Virus record (IMG/VR): IMGVR_UViG_3300032271_000550
Span: 1-63,398 of that record
Length of the DNA: 63,398 nt
Direction: 5' to 3' (one strand)
From: a virus
Taxonomy: Duplodnaviria; Caudoviricetes
This document shows, piece by piece, positions 9,762 to 19,845 of this stretch (position 1 is its first letter; every line of letters starts with the position of its first letter). The position numbers and the translations under genes are program-made. The notes under the pieces were generated by a model. It was not told where the DNA came from, made no database searches, and was given only the letters and a program-made list of their open reading frames with translations.

Positions 9762-11064
9762 TTACGTATCTGTTTCTTTTCCTAATAGCCCTACACAGCC
9801 TAAGCGCGTACACAGGGTTACTTTGGAGCAGGAAATTTATATGCACGACTACGCTACCGTGGAGTTTAGGGACTGGAACATCGACCCGTTAAACATTAAA
9901 CCTGGTTCATTAATGGTCATTACTATTAAAGACAAATCTTACTATGGATACGTTCACCAGTTAAATAATGAGCAAAGTTCTGCAAAAAACTTTACTAAAG
10001 TTGGGTTTATTGGTGCATCTTATGTAATGAAACAATCTAGTCAAAAGATTTATCGCAACATGTCTGCTGACCAAATTATTGCTGCTATTGCTACCAAATA
10101 TAACTTTGCCTACAAAGTTACCCCACACCCACGCGTTTACCCCCAAGTTGCTCAAGCTGGTCTTACTGACTGGCAATTAATGGTAAATCTAGCCCAAGAG
10201 TGCGGTTATTTTTTGCGAGCCGAAAATTCTGAGATTTACTTTCAACCTTATACTGAGGACTTTAATAACCTTATTACTGAAGCAGTTAGCTTTAATAAAG
10301 GCGATGCTGGATTTAAAACTACTAACCACATTTACAAGTTTAAACCTGTTATCAGTGAAACTTTGGAAAACTATGGTTTTATGAAATCGGCTGTATCGGT
10401 TGCTGGCGTTAACCCAGTTAACGGCAACTCGTTTAAAGTTACTCAGCAAAAATCATTTAATCCTAGTCGTCAATACTCTAACGTAGAATTTTTTGACTCT
10501 CACGCCACTACAACTGTGGCTAACTCTTATGAAGTTGCTGGTTATTTAGCCAAAGCTGCCGATGAAAAAAGTCGTTTTCCTTACGCTGCAAGTGTAGAAA
10601 CTATTGGTGTTTCATCGGTCAGACCCTGTCTACCAGTTTATCTTTCCAACGTCGGTTCTGAATACTCAGGCTATTGGACAGTGCTAAAAGTAACTCACGT
10701 AGTTTATGAAGAAAATCTTAATCAACAACATTATACGTGTTCTATGGATGTTGCCTCTGACTCTCTAGGTACTAACGCAAACGCTAATCAGCCTTCTGCT
10801 CCTGCTGTTACTCCTAGGCGTAAAATCATACCTAATGAAAAAAATAAAAACATTAAGCCAAAAACTATTGTTTATAAACCAGCAATTACGGCTAAACGTA
10901 CTCAACAAAAACAACTAGTAGATAGAATCAATAGGGCTACTCAAACTGGTCCATTTGTTGCAACTTCTCGTTGGGGGTCTACTCACCGTGATTTAAATTA
11001 CAAAATTATTGATGAACGAATGCCTTTAGCAGTTTTACAAAAATTGAGGGCTGATGATAAATAA
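9754..11064 (+). CDS. baseplate hub protein (GpD/gp27-like)
   Basis: QIIAAIATKYNF, QAGLTDWQLMVNLAQECGY, YSGYWTVLKVTH. Confidence 0.8.
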   Translation: MSNYVSVSFPNSPTQPKRVHRVTLEQEIYMHDYATVEFRDWNIDPLNIKPGSLMVITIKDKSYYGYVHQLNNEQSSAKNFTKVGFIGASYVMKQSSQKIYRNMSADQIIAAIATKYNFAYKVTPHPRVYPQVAQAGLTDWQLMVNLAQECGYFLRAENSEIYFQPYTEDFNNLITEAVSFNKGDAGFKTTNHIYKFKPVISETLENYGFMKSAVSVAGVNPVNGNSFKVTQQKSFNPSRQYSNVEFFDSHATTTVANSYEVAGYLAKAADEKSRFPYAASVETIGVSSVRPCLPVYLSNVGSEYSGYWTVLKVTHVVYEENLNQQHYTCSMDVASDSLGTNANANQPSAPAVTPRRKIIPNEKNKNIKPKTIVYKPAITAKRTQQKQLVDRINRATQTGPFVATSRWGSTHRDLNYKIIDERMPLAVLQKLRADDK

Positions 11065-11824
11065 TCTTAATGGAATGTACACGGGAATATATCGCGGCAC
11101 AGTTATAAATACAAAAGACCCTTTAAATAAAAATAGAATTATTTTAAAAGTTCCGCAAATATTTGGTAATGAAATTACTAACTGGGCTTACCCTATTATT
11201 GGTTTGCCAGTTAGTACTAAACCTATTTATGCTTCTTTTGTAAGTTTGGCTACTCAAACTATTTCCGATAGCACTAAAAACTATGTAGTTGCTATGGAAA
11301 CTGTAGAAAACTCTTATGGTATTAATCTTGTTAACCCTTCTTCCACTGTAACTGCTCTTACTGGAACAACTAGCTCTGTAGTGCCATCAGAAACTTCTGC
11401 CATGCAATTTTTGTACGCGGGAACTTACAACATTCAAATATCTGCTCAAATTTATACAACAATTGGTGGAAACTCTTTTCTAACTGTTGACCTGTGGGCT
11501 TTGCAAAACGGTTTGCCTATTCCAGCTTCTACAGGTCAAATTTCGGTAGGCGCTAAAAACCCATACATTGTTTCTTCCTGGAATTATATTTTGACTGTGG
11601 CTGCTGGTGATACCGTGCAATTTGCGTGGAACGTAAACACTTCTACAGCAACGTCTTTGTATGCTATTGCTGAACAAGCAGGGCCTCCGTATCAACCTTC
11701 AGTCCCGTCATTTACTGTATCCGCAAATTTAATAGGAAACTACACTCCAAAAAATAATGACAATGTATGGGTCATGTTTGAAGGCGGAGACCCCAATTAT
11801 CCACTCTGGTTAGGAACATTCTAA
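11054..11824 (+). CDS. baseplate spike OB-fold protein (gp5/gpV N-terminal-like) with an internal jelly-roll-like insertion
   Basis: GIYRGTVINTKDP...RIILKVPQI...WAYP at the N-terminus and P...DNVWVMFEGGDPNYPLWLG at the C-terminus. Confidence 0.8.
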   Translation: MINNLNGMYTGIYRGTVINTKDPLNKNRIILKVPQIFGNEITNWAYPIIGLPVSTKPIYASFVSLATQTISDSTKNYVVAMETVENSYGINLVNPSSTVTALTGTTSSVVPSETSAMQFLYAGTYNIQISAQIYTTIGGNSFLTVDLWALQNGLPIPASTGQISVGAKNPYIVSSWNYILTVAAGDTVQFAWNVNTSTATSLYAIAEQAGPPYQPSVPSFTVSANLIGNYTPKNNDNVWVMFEGGDPNYPLWLGTF

Positions 11825-12249
11825 TGACAAGTAAAGCAATTGATTACCCATTTACTTATGGTAAATCTTTTGATGGTAAAAACATTACTGGTTTAGCCGC
11901 CACTACTGACTTTAAAAAACTTTGGCAAAACCGTATCTTGCTAGTTCTTGGTACTAGACCTGGTGAACGTGTTATGCGACCTGATTTTGGCAGCAACCTT
12001 TATACGGCTCTTTACGAATCAGAAAGCGTGGCTGAACAAATTATTAACACTAGTATTAATGAGGCGTTTAACAAATGGCTTCCAGACTTGTCACTTAAAC
12101 AAATTAGCCCAACGTTTGACCAAACCACTAACGTCATAGTTATAAATATTTTATATGGTCTGCCAAATGGTGAAGTAGATAGTGTTACAATTAATAGTGG
12201 AATATTTAACCGCTCAGGTGAGCTCATTCAGGAGATTGTAAATGGCTAG
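11824..12249 (+). CDS. baseplate wedge protein (gp25-like)
   Basis: LGTRPGERVMRPDFGSNL. Confidence 0.9.
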   Translation: MTSKAIDYPFTYGKSFDGKNITGLAATTDFKKLWQNRILLVLGTRPGERVMRPDFGSNLYTALYESESVAEQIINTSINEAFNKWLPDLSLKQISPTFDQTTNVIVINILYGLPNGEVDSVTINSGIFNRSGELIQEIVNG

Positions 12250-14479
12250 TTCCGTTACTAAAAATTATATTCCGCAAATTGACTACGTTTCTCGTGACTA
12301 TACGGCAATTTTAGCGGATTTGACCGCTATTGCTAAACAGTTTAACCCTACCTGGGCTGTGTCAGACCCGTCAGATATTGGTGTAGCTCTTTTAGAAACC
12401 TTTGCTTACATGGGTGATATTTTAAGCTTTTACACTGACCGTATGGCTTCTGAAGGCTTCTTAGGTACTGCCAGCCAGCGTGCCAGCGTACTTCAAATTG
12501 CCGCAATGTTTGGTTACACCATTACACCAAGCAGCGCAGCAGTAGTTACTTTAACTTTTACTAATGGTGATACTTCTAACTCTGTAACTATAGCGGCTGG
12601 TACACAAGTAGCTTCAACTACCACGGTTAATGGTCAATCTACTCAAGTTGTTTTTGAAACTGATTCTGCGGTAACTATTGCAGCCAATGGCACTGGAAGC
12701 GTAACTGCTACTCAAGGAATTACTACCAGCCTAGAAGCAGTTGGTACATCTAATGGAACTCCTAGCCAGTCTTTTAAACTTTCTCAAACTGGTGTAATTA
12801 TTAACAGCACTGGTAGCAATATTAAAGTTTATGTAGGCGGTATCCAGTACAATTACACCTCGTCTCTTGTAGACAACAGCCCTTACGATTCTGTGTTTAC
12901 TACAGCTATGGATGCTGATGGCTACACCTATGTTGTTTTTGGTGACGGCGTTGGTGGTCGTATCCCGCCCGCTACTTACTCTGTAACCGTAACATACCGT
13001 GTAGGCGTTGGCTCACAAGGTAACGTAGCGGCTGGTTCTATTCAAGGTTCTACATTAACAGGAAACTACAACGTAACCGTATCCCAGCCTTCTGCTGCTA
13101 GCGGTGGCGCTGATGATGAATCCACAGACTCTATTAGATACAACGTCCCCCGTGCTCTTCGTACCTTACGTCGTGCTGTGTCGCTTAAAGACTATGCTTA
13201 CCTAGCTCTTCAAGTTTCTGGTGTGTCAAAAGCTAGCGCAGATTCTTCTGTGTGGTCTAACGTAAATCTTTACATTGCCCCATTTGGCTCTAGCGCGGTA
13301 AACAATTATTCTTTTACTGGGTCTAGTATTACCGCTGTTACTCAAACAGCAACAGACGGAACTTCTGGTACTGAAGGACTTACTTACACAGCCGCAGCTG
13401 GAACATTTACATCAATTTACGGATTAACTGCCAATAGCCTGTATGTAACAGTTTCAGGACTAGCTCCAGCAGACTACAATATTACAGTTCCAGTATTAAT
13501 TACTAACGTAAAAAGCGATGGAAGCGCATTTACTGTGGCAACGTCTTACAGCACATTTCCGACGTATGTCCCATCACTTTCATCTAATGCGGCCGTAAGT
13601 GTTACTGGACCAGCTACCGCAGCATTTACTACATTAAAGTCAAGCGTAATTAATTATTTTACGGATAAAGTTGCCCCTAACGTAACACTGAACGTTGTTC
13701 CACCAACTTATGTTCCTGTAAATTTAGAAATGACTTTACACGTTTTGCCTCAATATAGCCAAGCAAACGTAACCACTCAGGTTCAAAATGCGTTATCTAA
13801 CCTTGTGTCATATAACAATTCATTTTTTGCTGACCGCATTCCACCGCACTTTATTCTTAACTCAATTACAAATATTGATGGCGTTGACTACGCAACAGTA
13901 GAGCATTTACGCAGAGCGTCTAATGAACAACTATATTCAATTGCTACTTGGACTAGGCCTACAACCACAACTGCTACATTGACATTCTCAAATAACCACA
14001 CAATTACTGCTGGTCAAAACATTCGTGTGTATAACAGCGGTGGTGTTGATGGCACGTACGTGGTTAACTCTGTCACTAGCACTTCAGTAACAATTACAAC
14101 TACAGCAGCAACGGCTACCCCTACAAGCGTTAACGTTACTAGTTATGGTATTGGTCAAAAAACTGTTCTTGCCAGTTCTATTGCTGGAATTACAGTTGGT
14201 ATGCAAATAACAGCAACCAATATTTCTAGCCCAGCTATTGTTACATCTATTTCTGGTTCAACTATAGGAATTAGCACATACACTACTGCCGTAACTAACC
14301 CGACTACAGCGGCGGCTACTTTTGCTCTGCTTCCTACAGACGCCTCTAATACTGTAAAAGTTTTTGGAGTAGATTCATCTACGTCTGCTGGTGTTTCTAC
14401 ATATGGAATTGTGTGTGGAGCAAATGAAATTCCTTCTAAGGGAACGTTTATAATTACCGCTACTGGCGGATTGACATAA
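12242..14479 (+). CDS. baseplate J/gp6-like wedge protein
   Basis: IDYVSRDY, SDIGVALLE, FGDGVGGRIP, GGADDES, RAVSLKDY. Confidence 0.9.
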   Translation: MASSVTKNYIPQIDYVSRDYTAILADLTAIAKQFNPTWAVSDPSDIGVALLETFAYMGDILSFYTDRMASEGFLGTASQRASVLQIAAMFGYTITPSSAAVVTLTFTNGDTSNSVTIAAGTQVASTTTVNGQSTQVVFETDSAVTIAANGTGSVTATQGITTSLEAVGTSNGTPSQSFKLSQTGVIINSTGSNIKVYVGGIQYNYTSSLVDNSPYDSVFTTAMDADGYTYVVFGDGVGGRIPPATYSVTVTYRVGVGSQGNVAAGSIQGSTLTGNYNVTVSQPSAASGGADDESTDSIRYNVPRALRTLRRAVSLKDYAYLALQVSGVSKASADSSVWSNVNLYIAPFGSSAVNNYSFTGSSITAVTQTATDGTSGTEGLTYTAAAGTFTSIYGLTANSLYVTVSGLAPADYNITVPVLITNVKSDGSAFTVATSYSTFPTYVPSLSSNAAVSVTGPATAAFTTLKSSVINYFTDKVAPNVTLNVVPPTYVPVNLEMTLHVLPQYSQANVTTQVQNALSNLVSYNNSFFADRIPPHFILNSITNIDGVDYATVEHLRRASNEQLYSIATWTRPTTTTATLTFSNNHTITAGQNIRVYNSGGVDGTYVVNSVTSTSVTITTTAATATPTSVNVTSYGIGQKTVLASSIAGITVGMQITATNISSPAIVTSISGSTIGISTYTTAVTNPTTAAATFALLPTDASNTVKVFGVDSSTSAGVSTYGIVCGANEIPSKGTFIITATGGLT

Positions 14480-14489
14480 GGAGAAATAA

Positions 14490-15188
14490 ATGGCAACAGC
14501 ATCTTACCCTGGAGTAGTTAAAACTTACACCGATAAAACAGACGGCATTGATTATGTAAAAGCCGCTGACATGAACAGCGTTCAATCTGAAATTCAAGCT
14601 ATTGAAACTGCCCTTGGCGCTACTCCAGCTACCTCATCGCTACCCAGCGCAGGTACCTATAACTCTAACGGTGTTTCTACTTCTGTTACTGCACGTATTA
14701 CAAACCTAGAGGCAGGGCTTACTGCTGGTGCTACTGATGGCTCCCGTGTAGGTTACACGCAGTTGGCTACTGGTAGCTTTGCTTCTGCCCCTGGAGCTAT
14801 TTCAGTAACTACTACTAATTACCAAAAGCTTGTTGTGGTTATTGCAATTACTACTCTTGGTTCTGGTACTGCAATTAGCTTGCAGGTCAACAGCGCATCT
14901 GCATCTAAAATAGTTTACACAAGCTATGCAGGCACAACTACTGGTAACACTTCAGCTGGTGGTGTGGCATTAATTACTAACAACGCTGCCCCAGCAACTA
15001 ACGATATTATTACCGCAGAAATTTTTAACCCAGGAGCTACTGGATTTAAAACAATTAGCTGGACTAATGGCACTGGATTTGGTTTTGGTCAATTTACTAC
15101 TGGCGCTACTGGTGCAGTAACTTCAGTTACCATCAGCGCTAGCACGTACCCTACTGCAGCTACATACACAATCTACGGTGTTAAGTAA
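14490..15188 (+). CDS. putative tail fibre/baseplate-associated protein
   Basis: AADMNSVQSEIQAIETALG N-terminus; beta-rich C-terminus ending TIYGVK; GGAG RBS. Confidence 0.55.
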   Translation: MATASYPGVVKTYTDKTDGIDYVKAADMNSVQSEIQAIETALGATPATSSLPSAGTYNSNGVSTSVTARITNLEAGLTAGATDGSRVGYTQLATGSFASAPGAISVTTTNYQKLVVVIAITTLGSGTAISLQVNSASASKIVYTSYAGTTTGNTSAGGVALITNNAAPATNDIITAEIFNPGATGFKTISWTNGTGFGFGQFTTGATGAVTSVTISASTYPTAATYTIYGVK

Positions 15189-15198
15189 TAGGTAACTT

Positions 15199-18100
15199 AT
15201 GACAGCCTACGGTTTTAAAACATACGGTACATTTAAATACGGTGTTGCTCCCTCAACTGATATTAGCGTTTACCCATTTACAACTCAGTCTTTGGATTAC
15301 GGGTCAATAAAACTATCTTGGGTGTACCCGCTTGTTACTGGTTCTTTTACAACATTTACTATTCTTAGAAATCCAACTGGATTTCCAATTACGGCTGACA
15401 ACGGCGACCTTATTTACACCGCTACAAAAACCTCACTAAGCAACAGTAATCTTTTGGGAAAAACTGCCACACTTACAGACACTGGTGGTTTTTACGACCC
15501 TATTAGCGGAAACTTTACAACAACATACAGCGGAATTATTTCTGGAAATATTGTAAATTCTAAAACTGTAAACTTAACAACGGTTAATTCTAACATTGCG
15601 GCAGGACAAATAGTTTCTTACACGCCTTCAGGTAATTTAACTGGTGCAAATTCTGGTAGCGGGGTTATTGGTGGAACTACTGTTACTGCAGTTACTACTG
15701 ATTCTACTGGAACTTACACAATTATAACTTTAAGTGACTATGCCACAATACCTGATAAAACAACTTTAACGTTTTCTCCTACTGGTTTAACTTTAGGTAA
15801 AACTTACTATTATTCAGCTTTTGTATTAAGTAATGGAACTTGGCAAAGAGTGGGTACTGCTATTGGTACCTCAATTAAAAATTATAAAACTGCTGATACT
15901 ATGTATGATTCTTTGCCCGAAGTCTATAGGGCAGCATTACCAACATCTTCATCTACTAACGCAAATAAAAATGTAGACCTTTACAATTTTTTGCGCGTAT
16001 TTGGTGTTCAACATGACTTTATTAAAACTAAAGTAGAAAATGCTAAAAACCGTTATGATACCGCTAACTTAGATGGTCGTTTAATCCCCGCTCTTATGGG
16101 TCAAATGGGGTTTACGTACGAAAGCGGTATGGGCCTTCAGCAAGCACGACGTCTTCTTAAAAATGCTAACTATATTTATCTTAATAAAGGAACTGGTCAA
16201 GGAATAAAGCAATTTATTTCTTCTTTTTCTGGGTATACAGCATCAATTGCTTCATTTAAAAATTTATTTTTAACTTTAGACTGTTCTTCATTTGAATATG
16301 GGGACGGATTTTGGTCAACTACTGGAAGTCGTAACGTTACAACTTTTACCACTGCTGCTCTTGAAGGCGGTAGTCCGTTACCTGTTTCTATTTCAACCTC
16401 TCCTAACGGTTATCCTAACTCTCAACTAGGTTATTTAAAAAGCACGTCTTTATCTTCTTCTGGTGGTGCTTTTAGCACGTATGAATTTTCTTACGGTGTT
16501 TCACAAGATGCTTACACTATTTCTACAGTTCAAACTGGTCCTTCTGTGGGATATAACTATGTAACTATAACTGCGGATTCAGAACATTCGTTTAAAGTTG
16601 GGCAATATGTAGTTATATCAAATATGAACCCTACTTATTTAAACGGTATTCAACAAATTACTGCTGTACCAGACTCTAAAAGTTTTACTTTTTATTCTGC
16701 TAACGCTACTTCCAGTATGACTATACAACCTTACGGTAGTGCCGTTATTCCAACTGGAACTATTACTGGTGGAACTTTATCTGCAACCATAACTACTTCT
16801 GCTCTTCATTACATTATTCCTGGACAGTCAGTTACTATTTCTGGAGTTGTTCCTGCTTTATTTAACGGTACTACTACCCCAATTAACGGCACTTATGTGG
16901 CTGCGGCAGGTACTCAAAATACTACGTTAGTGTTAACTTTACCTACATCACCTAGCAACACTACAGTTACTGCTGCTGGTTCTACGTTTGTATCCCCTGG
17001 AACAGTAAGTCTTTATGATGTTAAAAACGCCAGCATTCCAGTAACTGCTGGTGGTAGTTATTTTTTCAGCATTTACACTCAAGCTAAAACTGTAGGTCGT
17101 GGTATTACTACTGGTGTCCGTTGGTATGACCAATATGGTACATATTTAACTTCAGCCGCTACTGGAACTAATAGCAATGTTACTGGTTCTTGGACTCGCG
17201 TATCTTCTTCGTTTCCATCAGTAGCCCCACCATCTGCAGCTTATGCAGCTCCATATGTTTCTTACAGCACTACTGGTTTTAATGAAGTTCATTACTTTGA
17301 TTGTGCTCAGTTTGAGTTAGTTCCTGGAAGCCTAACCACTCCTTATGTGGATTCTAGGCGTGTAGATATTTACTTAGGCGCTAGCCGAATTAATAACATT
17401 ATTAATCCAGGTTTTGAAAGCTCTACTTCTTACGTAGTTCCAACTCAAACCCCTACGTACTCAGCCCCCAACATTACTTTAAGCACATCAACCGCTCATG
17501 CTATTTCGGTTGGTTCAACTGTAACTTTATCTGGTTTTACTCCAAGCGGATACAACGGTACATGGACTGCTCAAACTGGAACTACTGGCTCTACTTTAGT
17601 GTTAAACATTGGCTCTAACCCTGGAGCAATTACTGTAGCTGGTACGGCTACGTGTAGCGTCATTAACTGGACTGCTACTAATACTACGGCATTTACTACT
17701 GATGCGGCTAACGTGTATCCTACCGCGTCTGTAGGTCTTGGTACAGCAGTTAGCGCGGCATCTGCCAAACTTACTCTTAGTGCAGGTACCAGCACTCTTG
17801 CTCCAACAAACACAATTGCTGTTACTGGTGGTAACCCTTATGCGCTTAGTGCTTACTTTAAAGCAGCTAATGCTAACGTTACGCCTAGCGTAGTTTGGAA
17901 AAATGTTAGCGGTTCTACTTTAAGGACAGATACTGCAACAGCAGCAATTAGTTTAAATGGAACTACGTTTACAAGAGTTTCTATGATACCTGCATCGGGT
18001 TCTTCAGCTATGATTGCTCCAGCAACAGCAACTACGGCCACAATTACTTTTACATTTTCTTCAGCTGGTACAACTGCGTATGTTGATTCTGTACTATTTG

Positions 18101-18330
18101 AGTCAAGTTACACAGCTAATAATTATTTTGACGGTAGCACTGGCTACAATGTTTCTGATGATATTACTTGGGAACAAAATGCCGCTGGTACTGCTGGAAC
18201 ATCTACTACTGGTAGAAGCGTTTATTATCCAAACAGGCAATTAGTTCAATCGCGTTTAAACACTGTTCTTTCTGATTACGTACCGATTGGAACTAACTAC
18301 GCTTTGTTCTTTGGTCAAACCGCTACTTGA
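15199..18330 (+). CDS. large baseplate wedge/tail protein (gpI/gp7-like) with carbohydrate-binding-like domains
   Basis: MYDSLPEVYR, LYNFLRVFG, YLNKGTGQGI, INNIINPGFE, YFDGS, C-terminal LSDYVPIG. Confidence 0.75.
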   Translation: MTAYGFKTYGTFKYGVAPSTDISVYPFTTQSLDYGSIKLSWVYPLVTGSFTTFTILRNPTGFPITADNGDLIYTATKTSLSNSNLLGKTATLTDTGGFYDPISGNFTTTYSGIISGNIVNSKTVNLTTVNSNIAAGQIVSYTPSGNLTGANSGSGVIGGTTVTAVTTDSTGTYTIITLSDYATIPDKTTLTFSPTGLTLGKTYYYSAFVLSNGTWQRVGTAIGTSIKNYKTADTMYDSLPEVYRAALPTSSSTNANKNVDLYNFLRVFGVQHDFIKTKVENAKNRYDTANLDGRLIPALMGQMGFTYESGMGLQQARRLLKNANYIYLNKGTGQGIKQFISSFSGYTASIASFKNLFLTLDCSSFEYGDGFWSTTGSRNVTTFTTAALEGGSPLPVSISTSPNGYPNSQLGYLKSTSLSSSGGAFSTYEFSYGVSQDAYTISTVQTGPSVGYNYVTITADSEHSFKVGQYVVISNMNPTYLNGIQQITAVPDSKSFTFYSANATSSMTIQPYGSAVIPTGTITGGTLSATITTSALHYIIPGQSVTISGVVPALFNGTTTPINGTYVAAAGTQNTTLVLTLPTSPSNTTVTAAGSTFVSPGTVSLYDVKNASIPVTAGGSYFFSIYTQAKTVGRGITTGVRWYDQYGTYLTSAATGTNSNVTGSWTRVSSSFPSVAPPSAAYAAPYVSYSTTGFNEVHYFDCAQFELVPGSLTTPYVDSRRVDIYLGASRINNIINPGFESSTSYVVPTQTPTYSAPNITLSTSTAHAISVGSTVTLSGFTPSGYNGTWTAQTGTTGSTLVLNIGSNPGAITVAGTATCSVINWTATNTTAFTTDAANVYPTASVGLGTAVSAASAKLTLSAGTSTLAPTNTIAVTGGNPYALSAYFKAANANVTPSVVWKNVSGSTLRTDTATAAISLNGTTFTRVSMIPASGSSAMIAPATATTATITFTFSSAGTTAYVDSVLFESSYTANNYFDGSTGYNVSDDITWEQNAAGTAGTSTTGRSVYYPNRQLVQSRLNTVLSDYVPIGTNYALFFGQTAT

Positions 18331-18356
18331 CAATAGTAAGTTCTAACCTATAAACT
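18327..18356 (+). promoter_or_regulatory. sigma70/SigA-type promoter of the replication operon
   Basis: TTGACA-N18-TAAACT upstream of AAGGAG RBS. Confidence 0.6.
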
Positions 18357-18383
18357 CTAATCTCCGTCACTAAGGAGATAAAC

Positions 18384-18989
18384 ATGAGACGAGTAACCAT
18401 CGCGGTTATAGGTAACGCAAAAACAACCCGTGCCAATGTAGAGGCACTTATCGGTGATGTTGTTGATTCAGTAGATGAAGCAGCAATCGCTACGGTCTAT
18501 GACCAAGCCCAATCTGATGGGCAAGTCTGGGCAGAACAGTACGCACAGGACAAAGAATTACCTGTTTTCCAATACGCGCACAACGCCTACGAAGAACTGA
18601 TTGCCGAAAACAAAGTTGAAGACATTAAGTTTTTTATGCTGTGGGATGACGAAGACCCAGCATGCCAACTAGCCGCATCAATAGCGCAAGAGCACACGAT
18701 TCTTGCTTATGATTTGACTGACGGTTTGATTATGATTCCGCTAAACTCTGAGCCAATTTTACGACCAGTACAAACTGAAATTCCAGTGGCTGAAGAAGTT
18801 TCTGAAGAAGTTCCCGTAGTTGAGGTAATCCTAGTCCCAGAAGAATCAGAAGACCTCTACGAGGACGAGGAAGACGAAAACGAACTTGAGTACGACTTGG
18901 GCGAATTGATGACTCTAGCAATCGAACAGGCTGGCAAGATTTTCGCTCGGTCATTTGCAGAAGAGTTCATAAAGCTGCTAAAAAAGTAG
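18384..18989 (+). CDS. hypothetical protein with Rossmann/SLOG-like N-terminus and acidic C-terminus
   Basis: TIAVIGN strand; AAGGAG RBS; fold call is weak. Confidence 0.6.
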   Translation: MRRVTIAVIGNAKTTRANVEALIGDVVDSVDEAAIATVYDQAQSDGQVWAEQYAQDKELPVFQYAHNAYEELIAENKVEDIKFFMLWDDEDPACQLAASIAQEHTILAYDLTDGLIMIPLNSEPILRPVQTEIPVAEEVSEEVPVVEVILVPEESEDLYEDEEDENELEYDLGELMTLAIEQAGKIFARSFAEEFIKLLKK

Positions 18990-18990
18990 C

Positions 18991-19845
18991 ATGGAAACTA
19001 TCAGCACGCAGGCACGTGGTTGCCTTAACTTTTTTGTATCCAATCCGCATTTGCGGATAAATTACCGCACCCTTATGACTGAGCATGGCGTCAGCAAACG
19101 TCGAAGCCTTGCCATTCTTAAGGAGTTGCGAGAAGCAAACTACTTGAAAATTGTTAAACTTGCAGGTGGCGGTACTAACGTTAAACTGGTCACGTCCGAC
19201 GTGCCCACTGTGGGAACGTCTGGTAACAGCTATACAGCTAGTAGTGCTATTTCCAATAGCTATACAGCTAGTAAAGTTAATAAAGCAACAAATAAATTCC
19301 TCGACGAGGTCGAGGGTGAGGAGAATGACGTGGGTTACGACTTTTGGGAAAAGAGGACGTCTAGTGAAAAAGATGAAATCGCTAGAGAACGCGAAAAGCA
19401 CGTGGCTTACAAGAAAGCCGAGTACGCAGAAGCTCGCGAATTAAAAGCGCAGCGACGTAAAGACTTGCACCGTTCTAACCTTGACCCTGTGCACTGGACT
19501 TGCAAAGACGTTGCTTACGAGTTTGCTGACCATATGGCAAACATCTGGACTATTGCTCCGTTTAGCGTGACGCAATCTCGGTTTGTTCAAGCTTTGGCAG
19601 TGTTCCGTAAGCAGCACGACACCAATGGCGCAATTGAGATGAAGATTGTTGAACTTTTCTTTGCTACACTGAAGCAAGACAAGTACACCGACGGTAATCA
19701 CCTTTGGCGTGCGTTTCTGTATAAGGCTCCGTCACTTATTCAGGTTGCTCGTGAGAGCATCGTCTCGACGGAAGAGCGCGAGAACAACGTCATTCGTGAC
19801 CAAGAGCTCGCAGAACGTAAACTATCTATGTTTGATGAGGACTAA
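18991..19845 (+). CDS. putative replication initiator (N-terminal winged HTH)
   Basis: GVSKRRSLAILKELREANYL; directly upstream of DnaC-like loader; internal direct repeats. Confidence 0.6.
   Translation: METISTQARGCLNFFVSNPHLRINYRTLMTEHGVSKRRSLAILKELREANYLKIVKLAGGGTNVKLVTSDVPTVGTSGNSYTASSAISNSYTASKVNKATNKFLDEVEGEENDVGYDFWEKRTSSEKDEIAREREKHVAYKKAEYAEARELKAQRRKDLHRSNLDPVHWTCKDVAYEFADHMANIWTIAPFSVTQSRFVQALAVFRKQHDTNGAIEMKIVELFFATLKQDKYTDGNHLWRAFLYKAPSLIQVARESIVSTEERENNVIRDQELAERKLSMFDED
19228..19273 (+). repeat. 16-bp direct repeat AGCTATACAGCTAGTA x2 (iteron-like)
   Basis: Exact copies at 19228-19243 and 19258-19273. Confidence 0.8.
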
